Positions 33,598-46,352 of a DNA stretch of 64,000 nucleotides are shown here, piece after piece. Source of the DNA: Felis catus (lineage: Eukaryota); assembly GCF_018350175.1 (NCBI RefSeq), contig NC_058368.1, positions 118,980,001-119,044,000 of the forward strand, given 5' to 3'. How positions within the stretch are numbered: position 1 is the stretch's first letter; each line of letters starts with the position of its first letter. Under the pieces are notes generated by a model. That model saw only the letters and a list, made by a program, of their open reading frames with translations, searched no databases and was not told the DNA's origin. The translations under genes were made by a program, and so were the position numbers.

Positions 33598-35653
33598 GTA
33601 AATACTCTGGCCTCATTGGCACAAATTCTAAACAGCTAAGCTAATACAGCAGAATGCCGTCCAAAATAAATTAACAGAATGAAGCAAGTTCCCCATTGCC
33701 AAAGTAAAATAGAAAATTAAAGCAATAACAGGTTGGTTAATTAGGGCACAGGGATTTTGTACTGTTATAGGATCTTATAGAATCTTCCTTCAGGAGACTG
33801 AAAGGAAATGTGAGTTCTCTCTCAGCCCTGCCTCCCGACTGCAAGAAGGGAAGGGCACATTTCGCATTTCCATCACGCAAAAGGGGATATTCTTGGTGTT
33901 TCAGTGCATCTGGAGAAACACTCTCATGTGCCAGTCACTCACCATTTTTCCTTTTGAGGTTCAACAACTCACTATCCACCTCCCTTCTTAGGGAAGTCCA
34001 CCTCCCCCTCAAATCCCACTCATGAAATGAAAAGCCGACTGTGACAACGTCAACCTCCTGCTTCTCCTTATCTGGCCTCAAACAGCAATAAGAAAAAAAT
34101 ACAAAGTTCCTCAGGTATCAGTGGGAAATCAAAATTCTGCTAAACAATATTGAAGACTGTAGCCTTTTCCTTCAGTAATTTCCTTTGAAATACATTTTTC
34201 TATAACAAGTTACAAACAACTTCTCTCTCTTTCTCTCTCTCTCTTTTTAAATAGGAAGAAACCACTAGCTCAATTGTCTTTTTAAAGTTTACACATTGTA
34301 GGTCAAATTCAGTTATAGTCATGTGCTGCAGTTAAAAAAATTCACAGGGGGTAAGATTTTCTGGTCTAGGAGAAGGCCCATTTTTGGAGCTCGTCTGACT
34401 TACGTTAGATACTACTTTAAGTCAGTTTAAGTCAATCGCAAGTTTCTGGTGAAATAAAAAGTGTGAGAGAAGGTAAGTTAGACTGGAAATTGGAAGCCTG
34501 GGCTGGAATTTGGTGCTCATTCTGTTGTGAATGTGCTGTGTGAGGCAGGTTACTCAACCTCTCTGGGCTTGAATTTTTTTTTTTTTTCTTGTAAAAGAAG
34601 AGCTTTGGATTTAAAGAAACTGTATTCTCTTTCATCCCTAGGATTTATGATTCTTTATATGGTTAAAATGGATTTGGCCTTACATTTTTTTTCATTTTCT
34701 CCTTCATTCTTCCCTCCCTCCCTCTTTTCTTCCTTCCTGCCTTCCTCTCTCCTCCCTCCCTCCCTCCCATCCATCCATCCACCCATCCATCCATCTTTCC
34801 TTATATTTTGATTCTCTACTTTCTTTCCACCTGTTCTTTCTCCTTTTTAAAAAAATTTCCTTTTCCTTTCAACCACTTTCTTTCCTACCTCTTTCTTTAC
34901 CTTTTTACTTGTCCTGTTGCCTCCCTTTTCTTTTATTCTTTCCTTTTCTCTTAGTTTTTGCCCTCCCTCCTTTCTAGTGTTATTTCGTCCTCTTTCTTTC
35001 ATTCTTTCTGTCAGCAGCAAATCACCTGACATTTCAACAAATCCATAAAGTAGCAGTAGTTTTACGGGCTGGTGTTAACACCTATTATGACCAGCCAGGC
35101 ATGGCAAACTGATGTGAGTGCTGATAGAGTAGCTCTAAGGCATTGCGTGGAAAGTAGCCAAATCAGCACATGGCTATTATTTAATGATGCCCGGAGACTA
35201 ACAGGAAACTTTTGGCAAATTGCCTCACAAATTATACAGTGGCTCCCTGCCTTCTCGTTACTGGCATGAAATTGATTTGTGAAACTGGGTTTGACATCCA
35301 AATTCTTTCCTTGTCACTGGAAGCCTCAAAGCTACCTTTTTAAACCTGAATATGAAAAGTAACTGTAAACAGAAAACGCCATAAACAAACTAAGTATAAA
35401 CAACAAACTTGGGAAATATTTACAACATAATGACAATCAAAAGGCCTAATTTCCATAATACATAAAACATTCTTGCAAATCATTTGTATATACACGAAGA
35501 GATTTCCACAGAAAAAGGCTAATTTTATGAATAGCTAATTTGCAGGGGAGATAAAAATGGCCAACAGACAGAGGCTACTCAACCTCAACAATTAAAGAAG
35601 TTCAGTTTTTTTTTAGATTAAAGATATTCAGTTTTAAGAGGTAATTTTTTTGA

Positions 35654-35778
35654 GGGGCACTTGGCTGGCTCAGTCAGAAGAGCCTGTGACTCTTGATATC
35701 AGGTCGTGAGTTCAAGCCCCATGTTGTGTGTAAAGATTACTAAAGGAAAATAATAATAAACTTAAAAAATTAAATAAA
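35654..35778 (+). mobile_element. Short/older Can-SINE
   Basis: ggggcacttggctggctcagtcagaagagc...gttcaagcccc. TSD aggtaattttttga. Confidence 0.85.
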
Positions 35779-35982
35779 AGGTAATTTTTTGAAAGAGAAT
35801 TTATTTTAAGCATGAAGTATAATGCTTTAAACTTGCCTGAAGAGTAGTAATATTTGTATACCTTTTCTCTTCCTTAACCTCTAATCTCATCATGCGTACC
35901 TTTAGAAGCGACTCTAACAAAATCTCCCAATAATTTGGCGAAATAACATCCTTTTACTGTTCTCTTAAAAGTCTAGCTTATA

Positions 35983-36196
35983 GGGGTGCCTGGGTGGCTC
36001 AGTCGGTTAAGCATCCGACTTCGGCTCGGGTCATGATCTCGCGGTCCGTGGGTTCGAGCCCCGCGCCACGCTCTGTGCTGACAGCTCAGAGCCTGGAGCC
36101 TGTTTCAGATTCTGTGTCTTCCTCTTTCTCTGACCCTCCCTTGTTCATGCTCTCTCTCTGTCTCAAAAAAAATAAAAAAAAATAAAAAATAAAAAA
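35983..36196 (+). mobile_element. Felid-type Can-SINE
   Basis: Canonical head. Perfect TSD aaaagtctagcttata. Confidence 0.95.
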
Positions 36197-37633
36197 GTCT
36201 AGCTTATAAAGACACTGGGGGCTATTGCTCTGCGGGCTGTTTTATTTCAGGCCCCATCCCTCACTCTGACCACTTCCGCTGATCTCCTCTCTGCTTCCCA
36301 TCCCTAACTGAAATACTCAGAATATTAGTTATCATCGCCATTTTTCAAATACATGTTGGAAAGAAGCTGGGCCATCTTTGAGAACCCCTTCACTTTTACA
36401 TCTTCCTTAGGACAGGAGAAAGCTAACATCATAGGACTCGGGATCAAACCAAACCTGGGTTTCATCTTAGCTCTGATCTTGAGGACCGCGTGCCCTTGGA
36501 TAACTCACTGCCTTGAGCCTCAGTGTTCTCATCTGTAAAATCGGACCACTACTAGCACCTCTTTCATAAGGTGTGGTAAGACTTCAGGGATGGAGTGCAC
36601 ATGAAGTCCTTAGCGGAGTCCCCGACCCAGGACCAAATAAACAAACTCCTGAGATGTGATGGGGATAGTGGTGGTGCTCATGGGTAGTGGAGGAAAGCTT
36701 AAGAAAGTGAGAGAGTTGATTGCACTCATGAGGGCAACTCCACATGGTATCCCCACAGTTAGAAAGAGGAGGCCAGGCTCACCTAAGTGCTAAGAAAAGA
36801 ACTTTGCAACTTATTCATGGCTTGGGGCTAAGTCCCTCGAAATCTCACTGAGTCAGCATGAGACACAATGATATCTCATTCTGGTGAATAGCCGAGCTGT
36901 AAAATGTCTTGCACATTTAAATGCAGTAGAATGAGGGAAACAGATCAGGAAAGAGAGTGAGTAGAGTCGGAACAGGAGGAAAGGCAAACACACATCCAGG
37001 TCTCTGTATAATTCTGACACAATATGGGTCAACATCTAATAATATTCCAAAGATGATGAGAGGTAACCTTGACAACCCAGCTGGCGCAGGCACTGAAAGA
37101 ATAAGAGGTTCACAGAGAGATGCAGGAGAAAATCTGGGCCATTTTCTTGGTTCACTGATGGCTCATAGCTTTTACTTTGTAAAACAATTCACTGTAACTC
37201 ATAAACCAAAGTCTTCTCTTACTTAATCAATGAGCATCAATTAAATATTTGTAATATGCAAAGACATCGAGTTAGGCGTTGGGGATATAGAGACATTGCC
37301 TGCCCACAGGAAGCATCTCAGGGAGGACATTCCCATTTATAGCCAAATAGGATGCAACTTACCCCACACAATAACCCTACAGGCCTTGGCTTTTTATTGG
37401 TGCCATTTTACTGGCTGAAGAAATGGAAGCTCAGAGAAAATACAACTAGAAAGTGTCATGGCTGATATTTAAATCTCCCTCTGCCTGGGTTCATTACTCA
37501 TGCCGACAGAGACAAAAATGGAGAGATTTATTTTGACTAGGATAACTCAAATGAGAGTAAGAACAGGCTAGGTTTTGCTGCAGTGACAAACCATCTCCAA
37601 ATTTCAGTGGCTCATCACAACAAAATTTTATTT

Positions 37634-37853
37634 CTTTTTTTTTTTTAAGTGTTTATTTATTTTTGAGAGAGAGAGAGACAGAGCGTGAGTCGGGGAGGGG
37701 CATAGGGAGAAAGAGAGAGACACAGTATCCGAAGCAGGCTCCAGGCCCCGAGCTGCCAGCACAGAGCCCTACGCAGGGCTCAAACTCAGGAACCGTGAGA
37801 TCATGACCTGAGTCAAAGTCAGACGCTTAACCGACTGAGCCACCCAGGCGCCC
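37634..37853 (-). mobile_element. Can-SINE nested in an MLT1-type LTR (~37550-38290)
   Basis: TSD aaattttatttct. Flanks carry ctaggttttgctgcagtgacaaac...atctccaaatttcagtggct and ggggctaggaaatgtagt (MLT1-like). Confidence 0.88.
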
Positions 37854-40548
37854 CCCAAATTTTATTTCTTGATCATGCTACATGTTCATGTACGTTGGCG
37901 GGGGACCCTGCTTCACATAGACACTGAACTTCACCACCTACCTCAAGCAGCTTCCTCAGCTGCAGAGGAAGATGGCATAGAGAATCTCTGGGTGCTGTGG
38001 CTCTCAAGTGTCCCTTCCAGTGCCAACTCACTGGCCAGAACTTGACACATGGCCTCAGCCCCGCTGGGCGTAGGTAAGAGGATGAAAACACCTGGTGAGA
38101 AGTCTAGGAAGGCACTGGCTCTTGGGGTTGTGCAAGTGCAGGATTGACACTTGTGTGACCTTGAGAGCCAGTGGTTCCTTAGATTTTTTTCACTGTAGAT
38201 ATGTTTCTGGTCTCACCTTAGTTGGTGCCCTGGCCCTACCTAACTGAAAGGGGGCTAGGAAATGTAGTGTTTTCAGTGTTTAGGAGAGAGAGGTGGGGAG
38301 GACATTGGAGAATACTAGGAATGTCTAGTTACCTGGGCTTGAAACCTCAGCCTCGCTGGTGACACTGTGTCTGTTCCTTTTCCCCACACCTTCTGATCTA
38401 GGCAGTCACCAATCCTTGGGCTTTTAACTAGATACAGCAAAGGGCTAATGTGTTGGCATCATGCATTGTCCTGCGCATGCTTCTGCTCATCAATTTATTG
38501 ATGATATGAATCACTTATTCATAACTCACAGCAGCTCTATGAAGACGTTCCTATTACTAATCCAGTTTTCAAGTGAGTATACTGCGGCTTAGAGAAATTG
38601 AAGAACATGCCCCAGGTCATGGTTGATAAGAGTTGCGTAAAATTGTGATTTGGACTCTTACCTAACTACAAAGACTTTCCTCCTCTGAAGCCTTAACTAT
38701 ATGCCACTCTTCCTCATGGGAACTCACTCATTTTGCGTTCCATATTTTTGAAATGAGATCAGCCCAACCCATGGGAGAGCTGGAGTGAAAAATACTGACT
38801 TGGAACTGTTAGGTGGGTATATGCAGATGGTATACCATCATCAGTGATTTCAAGCTTATGTCATTGATAAAAAGTGATGGCATTTTGTCATTTCGTTTTG
38901 GGTTTCCACATGAAAACTCAGGGCCATCTGTTAGTAGCGAGAAGTAAGGGATAGATTAAGGCCTCAGAAGTCTTTCCTAATCAGACGGATGAGTAGGACA
39001 ATTACCTTCCTCTGGGTTTTGCCGCCTATCAAATAGGGGGCTGAATCAGACCCCCAGAGGTCACCTCCAGGAATGACTTTCCAAAATTCCGTGGGGATGG
39101 TAGAGATAGGTAAGAGCATAAGGAAAGAAACATATTTTTAGAGAACATAAACAAAATTCTCTATCGAAGTTGAAAACACTGCTCTCTCCAACAAAATGGA
39201 GAGACAGCGCCTGACTGCTAATACTGATGCAAATTGATCCTAATATTTCCACACAGAATCACTCCTTAATCAGATGAAAATTTGAGGTAAATTGGACAGA
39301 TCTCAGCTGCTTTACATGTCCATTTGCAGGGACTGCGTTTTCTTTTGTTGGACGTTCAAGTACTTATTTTGGGTTTGTGGCGCAGAACACGCAGAATGAG
39401 TGACGCTGCGGCCGAGCGCCTGACCCCTCCCGAGGGCATGTGCGACCATCACACATGGCGGGAACACTGAGAGACTGGGCAGACAGAGACAATAGGTGTT
39501 CTTTACAAAGGAACTAGGGGAGAACTAATTCTCTTCATTAAGAAGGAGGAGCATTTGGAAGCAGTCATTAAAGATGACGTCATATGCCCCAGTGCACACC
39601 AAAAAACTTTGCCTTTCCATTTCTTTTGTGGAAACATCTGGCAAGAACATGTTGAGGAAAGAAAACTTCTCTGTTTTGTGCAGCAGGATCCTGATGAAAG
39701 ATGAAAACTTGAGCTAATTACAGGATGTCTGCAAAAAGAAAGGACTAGCTTTATAGTTTAGACCCATTTCTCTCCCTACAGGGTAGATTGTCTAATGTAA
39801 AGGCAGTGGTATGCTGTGGAAAATAAATATGGGGTAGGACACAATGAACTGTATCTAATATATAATACTGTACCATAAGGGTTATTAAAATAGCATTCAA
39901 TTTTACTTGCTTTCATAGGCGTGTCATGAGAAAAACAGACAACTCTGAAACCCACATGATAAACGCCACAGCGTTGTACCTTTTCTTGTGCGTAAAATGT
40001 TGCAGGCCTTTTCTTAAAAACGTCCCAGATTGTCCTATATAGAAGGAAATAAAGCACATGCCCAAACTCTTTTCTAAGACTACAACATGCCCAAACTCTT
40101 TTCTCCTTTCTCAGGGTCCTTTACCTCTTTCTGCCCTTCCCTGTAAGCCTACTACTTCATTTTGTTCCTTTTCCAGAGTTTTATAGACTATTCAGTCTAA
40201 AAAGGCAAAATCATTAAAAAGAAAAGACAAGACAAGACAAGTTGGGGGCAGCCTGGTTCTAATCTCTCTTGAAGCATCCTGTGTGACCCTGTCAAGATTC
40301 TAAACATAGGCATCCAGGAGGTTAAGACCATTCCCAGCCATGTAACAAATCCTGTAGACAATTAGCCATTCTAAAAGGATTAGGATCTGATCTAGGCAGA
40401 GTGATGTTTAATCCCATTGGCTTCTTCCTATAGGAACGAGATACTTGAAATCACCCAGAGGGGCATTTTCTGAAAGTCTTATCAAATTGATTGAATAAAA
40501 AAGTTTATTTTTGTCCCCATCTGGAGAATTTGGGTGGATATTTAAAAA

Positions 40549-40762
40549 AATTTTTTTTTCAACGTTTATTTATTTTTGGGACAGAGAGAGACAGAGCATG
40601 AACGGGGGAGGGGCAGAGAGAGAGGGAGACACAGAATCGGAAACAGGCTCCAGTTTCTGAGCCATCAGCCCAGAGCCTGATGCGGGGCTCGAACCCATGG
40701 ACTGAGAGATCGTGACCTGGCTGAAGTCGGATGCTTAACTGACTGTGCCACCCAGGCGCCCC
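40549..40762 (-). mobile_element. Can-SINE
   Basis: Antisense. TSD ttgggtggatattt. Confidence 0.93.
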
Positions 40763-40788
40763 TTGGGTGGATATTTTTAAAAAGTCTT

Positions 40789-41005
40789 GGGGTACCTGGG
40801 TGGCTCCTTCGGTTAAGCGTCCACAATTGATTTTGGCTCAGGCATGATCTCACGAACCGTGAGATTGAGCCCTGAGTCGGGCTACGTGCTGACAGTGTGG
40901 AGGCTGCTTGGGATTCCCATACTCCCTTGCTCTTTACCTCTCCCCTACTTGTGCTCTATGTGTCAAAATAAATAAATAAACTTGAAAAAATAAAAATAAA
41001 ATAAA
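40789..41005 (+). mobile_element. Can-SINE
   Basis: ggggtacctgggtggctc...aaaataaataaataaac. Confidence 0.9.
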
Positions 41006-42620
41006 TCTTTATAAAGAGCTAGGCTAGTCACTATCTACCTCCAAGATGTGTGACATCACCTACACTGACAAGTCCTGGCTGAGTCTTGGGGCTCGGGCAC
41101 TGAGGGAATTTGACTCCTGTAGCCCAGGCTCCCTTGTAACTGCACACCATCCTCTGTCCATTATAAACACCCCACCGTCAAAAATCCTCTCTCAGAGCCA
41201 GAAAGTTCAAAACCATATGGAGAATGTGCCACCTTTATCATTCAATAGTGACATCCTCCTCCGTAGCTTCCCACTCCGAACACTTCCCACTGTCTAAAGC
41301 CGAGACCATGGCTTCTTCCCTTTACTGTTGTTCTTGCAATGTTGGTTTTGTTAAAGTTGAGGACTATTTCTCCATAACTGAGTGTCTATCATAAGTGAAA
41401 ATAATTAAAGAGACTAAAAAGGTTGTGTGGCTGCTTGGACAGCTGCCTGTTCCCTGTCAGCTTTTGATGTGCAGGCTTTGTAATAGGCCTGTCATCTCTA
41501 TGAAGGTCATGACTGTGACTTTTTGCGCTCATCACTGTTCCTTCTCCTAGACCCTAGGACTGTTTCTGGAAACGTGTAGATGCTCAGAAACTTACCTTAT
41601 CAAGCACAGTTATGAATGTACTCACTCTGGCCATGCACTGTGCTAGGGGCTTTGAATATAGATATGAATAAGGTAACACAGCCTGAAAGAGGACTAATCT
41701 TTTAAACACACCTATCAATGCTGTGGGCTTTAAGCAAAGCAATTCAAATGGAAGTTCCCACGAAAGCTCTGGTTTAGAGATCCTAAAGGAAACTCTGCTC
41801 CCAAATGTTTCTCCGATGCATTAGCCAGACAGCACATGGTACTTACTGTATTTATTAATAATGACAACAGTAATGGCAAACATAACTTATGAGTGCTTAT
41901 TCTATGTTGGACACTTGTACAAAATGTCTTGCCTATATTCCATAATATAATTCTCACAATCCCCCCGATACAGGTATGAGGATCACTTTATTGATGACAA
42001 AGAGACAAGTTCAGAGAGGTTATATGTCCTAGTTGTTAAACCACCCAGATGGCTGGTAAGTGTGCTTTCGGCTCTGGCTTGCCAGATTTCAAAGCCCAGA
42101 CCCATAACCATGCTCTGTTCTGCCTCCCACTTCTTCGTAAGGATACAGTAATGTTATCAGGGAAGGGTAATATATGGAAAGGCATTACTTGGCCTGACTC
42201 TGTCACTTATGCAAAACAAAACTGGATAGGCTTTGATTTCATTCTTCCAACCATTCACTGATATGGAGGCCAAGTATTGTATTCCTACTGTACCCATGTG
42301 GAACTTGCAGCTCTCCGTTGGTCATATGGACCTGCTGACTGCTGGTCAGACGAGATGACCATGTAGGATTCTCCCCACTGTGTGCGGAGGGAAGGCTCCA
42401 GGGATTCCAGAAAAACATCTTCTGTCCTACATTTTCACCAAGGGATTGCACTCCATGAGGTATTTTTGCATCTGAGCCAAAGTGGAGTAAGGAGACCAAA
42501 TTGATGATTGGCAAAATATATGACCAAAAATGCCAATGAGAGTCTTGCTTAATTTATGTCTGCCTTTTTTGAATGATAAGGAAACAGTCTGCACCTGCTA
42601 GTCTCTACCAGCCTCTAAAT

Positions 42621-42780
42621 CAGTGGTTCTCAATCAGTGGGTTGCCCCTAGTGGTATTTGGAAATGCCTGGAAACTGTTTTGATTATAATAACGAGGCTG
42701 GGTTGGTGGTACTGGCATCTAGTGGGCAGAGCTGGGGATCTGTCTCACACCCCACAATGCACAACACAGCCCCCAGCAAA
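42621..42780 (+). mobile_element. MER20-like hAT-Charlie element
   Basis: cagtggttctcaa...atttggaaatgcctggaaac...tactggcatctagtgggcagag...cacaatgcac. Confidence 0.75.
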
Positions 42781-43009
42781 AAAAAAAAAAAAAAAAAGGC
42801 TCTTCTGGTCCAAAAACATCCTGCTTTGTAGTAATGTTCTGCTTGTTCCATTAAAAGAAATCCCCATTCTTCCAAAAAGTATAGAAGAACAAGGCAGTTC
42901 AACAGCAAGGATATCCAAATGAACCATATACAATGCGAGATGTGTAGGACCAGTGAAGAGAAGGGAGAGATTTAGCTATTTATTTATTTATTTATTTGAA
43001 CATGATATT

Positions 43010-43238
43010 CTTTTTTTAAAAACTTTTTTTAATGTTTATTTATTTAGAAAGAGAGAGAGAGAGAGAGAAAGTGGGAGAGGGGCAGAGAGAGAGGAGGGAG
43101 TGAGAATCCCCAGCAGACTCTGCACTATCAGCATAGAGCCCAATGGGGGTGGGGCTCCAACTCACGAACTGTGACATCATGACCTGAGCCAAAATCAAGA
43201 GTTGGACGCTTAACCCACTGAACCACCCAGTTACCCCA
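43010..43238 (-). mobile_element. Can-SINE
   Basis: Antisense. TSD gaac(a/g)tgatattctt. Confidence 0.88.
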
Positions 43239-43390
43239 GAACGTGATATTCTTAGAAAATATTCCTCCCACTCCCAAGAGGCGTGTACAGTATTCTAAAA
43301 AAAAAAAAAAAGCTAGTATTTTGAATACAAGTTATTATACAAAAAAGAATAAAATATCAATTGGGGTCCTTTATCTTTCTAAATAACTAG

Positions 43391-43491
43391 AACAGAAGAG
43401 AATAACAAAACTAACTAACTAACTAACAAAACTAACTAACTAACTAACAGAAGAGAATAACAAAACTAACTAACTAACAAAACTAACTAAC
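43391..43491. repeat. Tandem duplication containing (ACTA)n
   Basis: Two copies of aacagaagagaataacaaa(acta)n acaaa(acta)n. Confidence 0.9.
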
Positions 43492-43879
43492 ACTGGCAGA
43501 GAAGCGATGTGTTGATATAAACCTTTAATCCACTGACTCCTTTCGGAGGCTTTGTGAAGCATTCCATTTAGAAATGATTCCGCTTATGCGGCACATAATC
43601 TGTGCTTCTTTGCCTCTGCTGTCTGTTTTGGGGACCTATGTGGGTAACCAAGGATTCGCTATTAAGTTCCTGCAACAGGAACCAGGACAGCAGAGAACTG
43701 TCATTGCCAGTGGCTTCGGGTGTAACTGGGCTGAGGGCTGTCAACTTAGAGGCGGGTGTCTCCAAGCCCAGGGACACCGACCTGCCTTCCGAAGCTGGAC
43801 TCTTCATTTCAGTCTCCTCGAGGCTGTGTCCTCGGCAGAGTAAAGCCTTCTTCTCCTTAAATCTTTTAAAGAACACTGA

Positions 43880-43932
43880 TTTATTTATTTATTTATTTAT
43901 TAAACATTTTTTTAAATTTATTTTTGAGACAA

Positions 43933-43963
<31 letters not shown>

Positions 43964-44117
43964 AGAGGAGGGGCAGAGAGAGGGAGACACAGAATCCGAA
44001 GCAGGCTCCAGGCTCTGAGCTGTCAGCACTGACCTTGACACAGGGCTTAAACTCACAAACTATGAGACACCTGAGCTGAAGTCATATGCTTAACTGACTG
44101 AGCCACCCAGGCTCCCC
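43880..44117 (-). mobile_element. Can-SINE
   Basis: Antisense head gagccacccaggctcccc, (GA)n and (TTTA)n. Confidence 0.9.
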
Positions 44118-44476
44118 AGGAACATGGATTTATTTTTTGATGCAAACCAGGCACTGTGTAAACACTGAGAGTGTGCACAGTGACAGAAAGATGGACATGG
44201 TCCTGTTTTCGTAGAGCTTATAGACCAGCAGGGGAGACAGAGAGGCAACTGATAATCTCATGAATAATTGTTTAGTTACAACGATGGTAAATACTGTATG
44301 TTAATTATACTTGAATTAAAAAAAAACTGAAAAAATAATAATTACAACTGTGGTAAGCATGGCAAGGAAAATCACATAGGATATGATGAGAGAGCACGTA
44401 GGGACCCTGACCAAGTCTCTGAATCTCGGGGTAAGGGTGGGGCAGAGGGTGAGGATAGGGTTGTTTAGGTGGGTTT

Positions 44477-44700
44477 CTTTTCTTTCTTTCTTTTTTGTAG
44501 TGTTTATTTAGAGAGAGAGAGAGTGCACATGCAGGCAGAGGAGGGGCAAGGGAGGGGCAGGGAAAGAGGGAGACAGAGAATCCAAAGCAGGCTCTAAGCT
44601 GTCAGCACAGAGCCTGATGTGGAGCTCGAATTCACAAACTGTGAGATCGTGACTTCAGCCCAAGTTGGATGCTTAACCGACTGAGCCACTCAGGCGTCCC
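44477..44700 (-). mobile_element. Can-SINE
   Basis: Antisense head gactgagccactcaggcgtccc. Confidence 0.88.
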
Positions 44701-45263
44701 AGGGTTAAATAGGTTTCTCGAAGGAGGTGATGTTAAAACTGAGATCCACAGGATTAATGAGTGGATTGGGGAAAATGGGTTCCAGGCACAACAAGCTGCC
44801 TCACAGCCTTTGCTTGCTTATACTTTTGACTCAACAGTAAATTTCCCTTGCACGTGCATCTTCGTGCCTTTTCAGCTCCTGCTACTTCTGCCTGTGGTAA
44901 GATTCTCTGATAGTTCCACCTTCACATTCGTAAGGGAGGGGAGGTGATTAGGTCAGATCATCTTTTTACCCCTGGCTTGAATGACTTTTAAGTTATCCCT
45001 GTTTCTGCAACCAGAGTCACATTTCTTCTTGGCAGAAGCCAGGGTCCCCAGACAGACAACCTTGCTTTGTGCGCTCTGGAATTCTTCTGGCCGTTGCCAC
45101 CATGACGGTCCTTTTTTCATATGAACAAAGATGGAGTTTTGGACCATGTGGTAATGCAATGCTTAGCCTATTCCACTGCCTAATTGCTGTTAGGGGCAGG
45201 AAGGAAAGCATAAGATGTTCTTTGACATCTTTATGTCTTTCTTTCCAAAACATTTTGGGTATG

Positions 45264-45372
45264 GGATACCTGACTGGCCCAGTCAGTAGAGTCTGTGACT
45301 CTTGATTTTGGGGTTGTGGGTTTGAGCCCCATGTTGGGTGTTGAGATTACTTAAAAATAAAATCTTAAAAAA
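45264..45372 (+). mobile_element. Short/older Can-SINE
   Basis: gggatacctgactggcccagtcagtagag. TSD aaaacattttgggta. Confidence 0.82.
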
Positions 45373-46129
45373 ACATTTTGGGTACAGAAGAGAGAGACAT
45401 GCTACCTTGTCTCCTACCCTTATCCCTCCCAGCTACTGTCTCTCCTGCACTGAGCATGGCTGGTAATGGACCTCTCTGTCTGTGCTTCCTAAAATACAGT
45501 ATGATCTTGTTTGGATTTCTTACACAATTTAAGAAAGAAACCTTATAAGCAGAAGGGTGAGAAATAATATGGATAATATCTTATTATTACTTAATATTAT
45601 CTTGAATAGCAAATGAAAGGGACTTTATTGAAAAACACTTTTGGATGATTCCTGTCTTTTAGAGTTAAGAATTTTTCCCCATGTCTTTTAAAAGAATTAC
45701 TTCAAATTACTTTAAATTAATTAATAATTACTTAACTTATGATAACTAAGGAGAAGAGAATCTCTTACTTTAAGCCATGAATTACCCTAGAGGAAGGAGG
45801 GATACCCCCGACCCTTCTTTCGTATTCACAGTGTACAACAGAGGTGAACAGAAAGTGATGCTAAGAAGATAACTCCATAAAAGTTTGTTTAATCATTCAG
45901 TGAAGGAGGGAAAGCATGAAGTCTTAGCCCTGCCTAACTCTTGGGAATATCATCACCATCTTGCCTGGGACATTTTTTTTTTCATTCTTCTGTTGCAGCA
46001 CTTATCATATTATATCATCAAATTATTATACTGTCATCATCATTGCCAACACTCATTTTGAGTTGCCTGCTAAGGATTGTTATCAAGGTGGCCTTGGCTA
46101 GCATTTAGAAGCTTGATTGTCATGATCCT

Positions 46130-46352
46130 TCATCTGTCCATATGTCTGTCCATCCATCCACCTAAACATCTATCTAAGCTTGATTGTCTCATTCATCTAT
46201 CCACCCATCTGTTTGTCTTCCCATTCATCTATTTGTCCATCCATCCATTCATCCATCCATTACCTATCCATCCATCCATCTGTCCATCCATCCATTCATC
46301 CATCCATCCATCCATCCATCCATCCATCCATCCAAATGTCTATCCATCTGTC
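46130..46352. repeat. (TCCA)n tetranucleotide repeat, degenerate
   Basis: Read directly. Confidence 0.9.
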
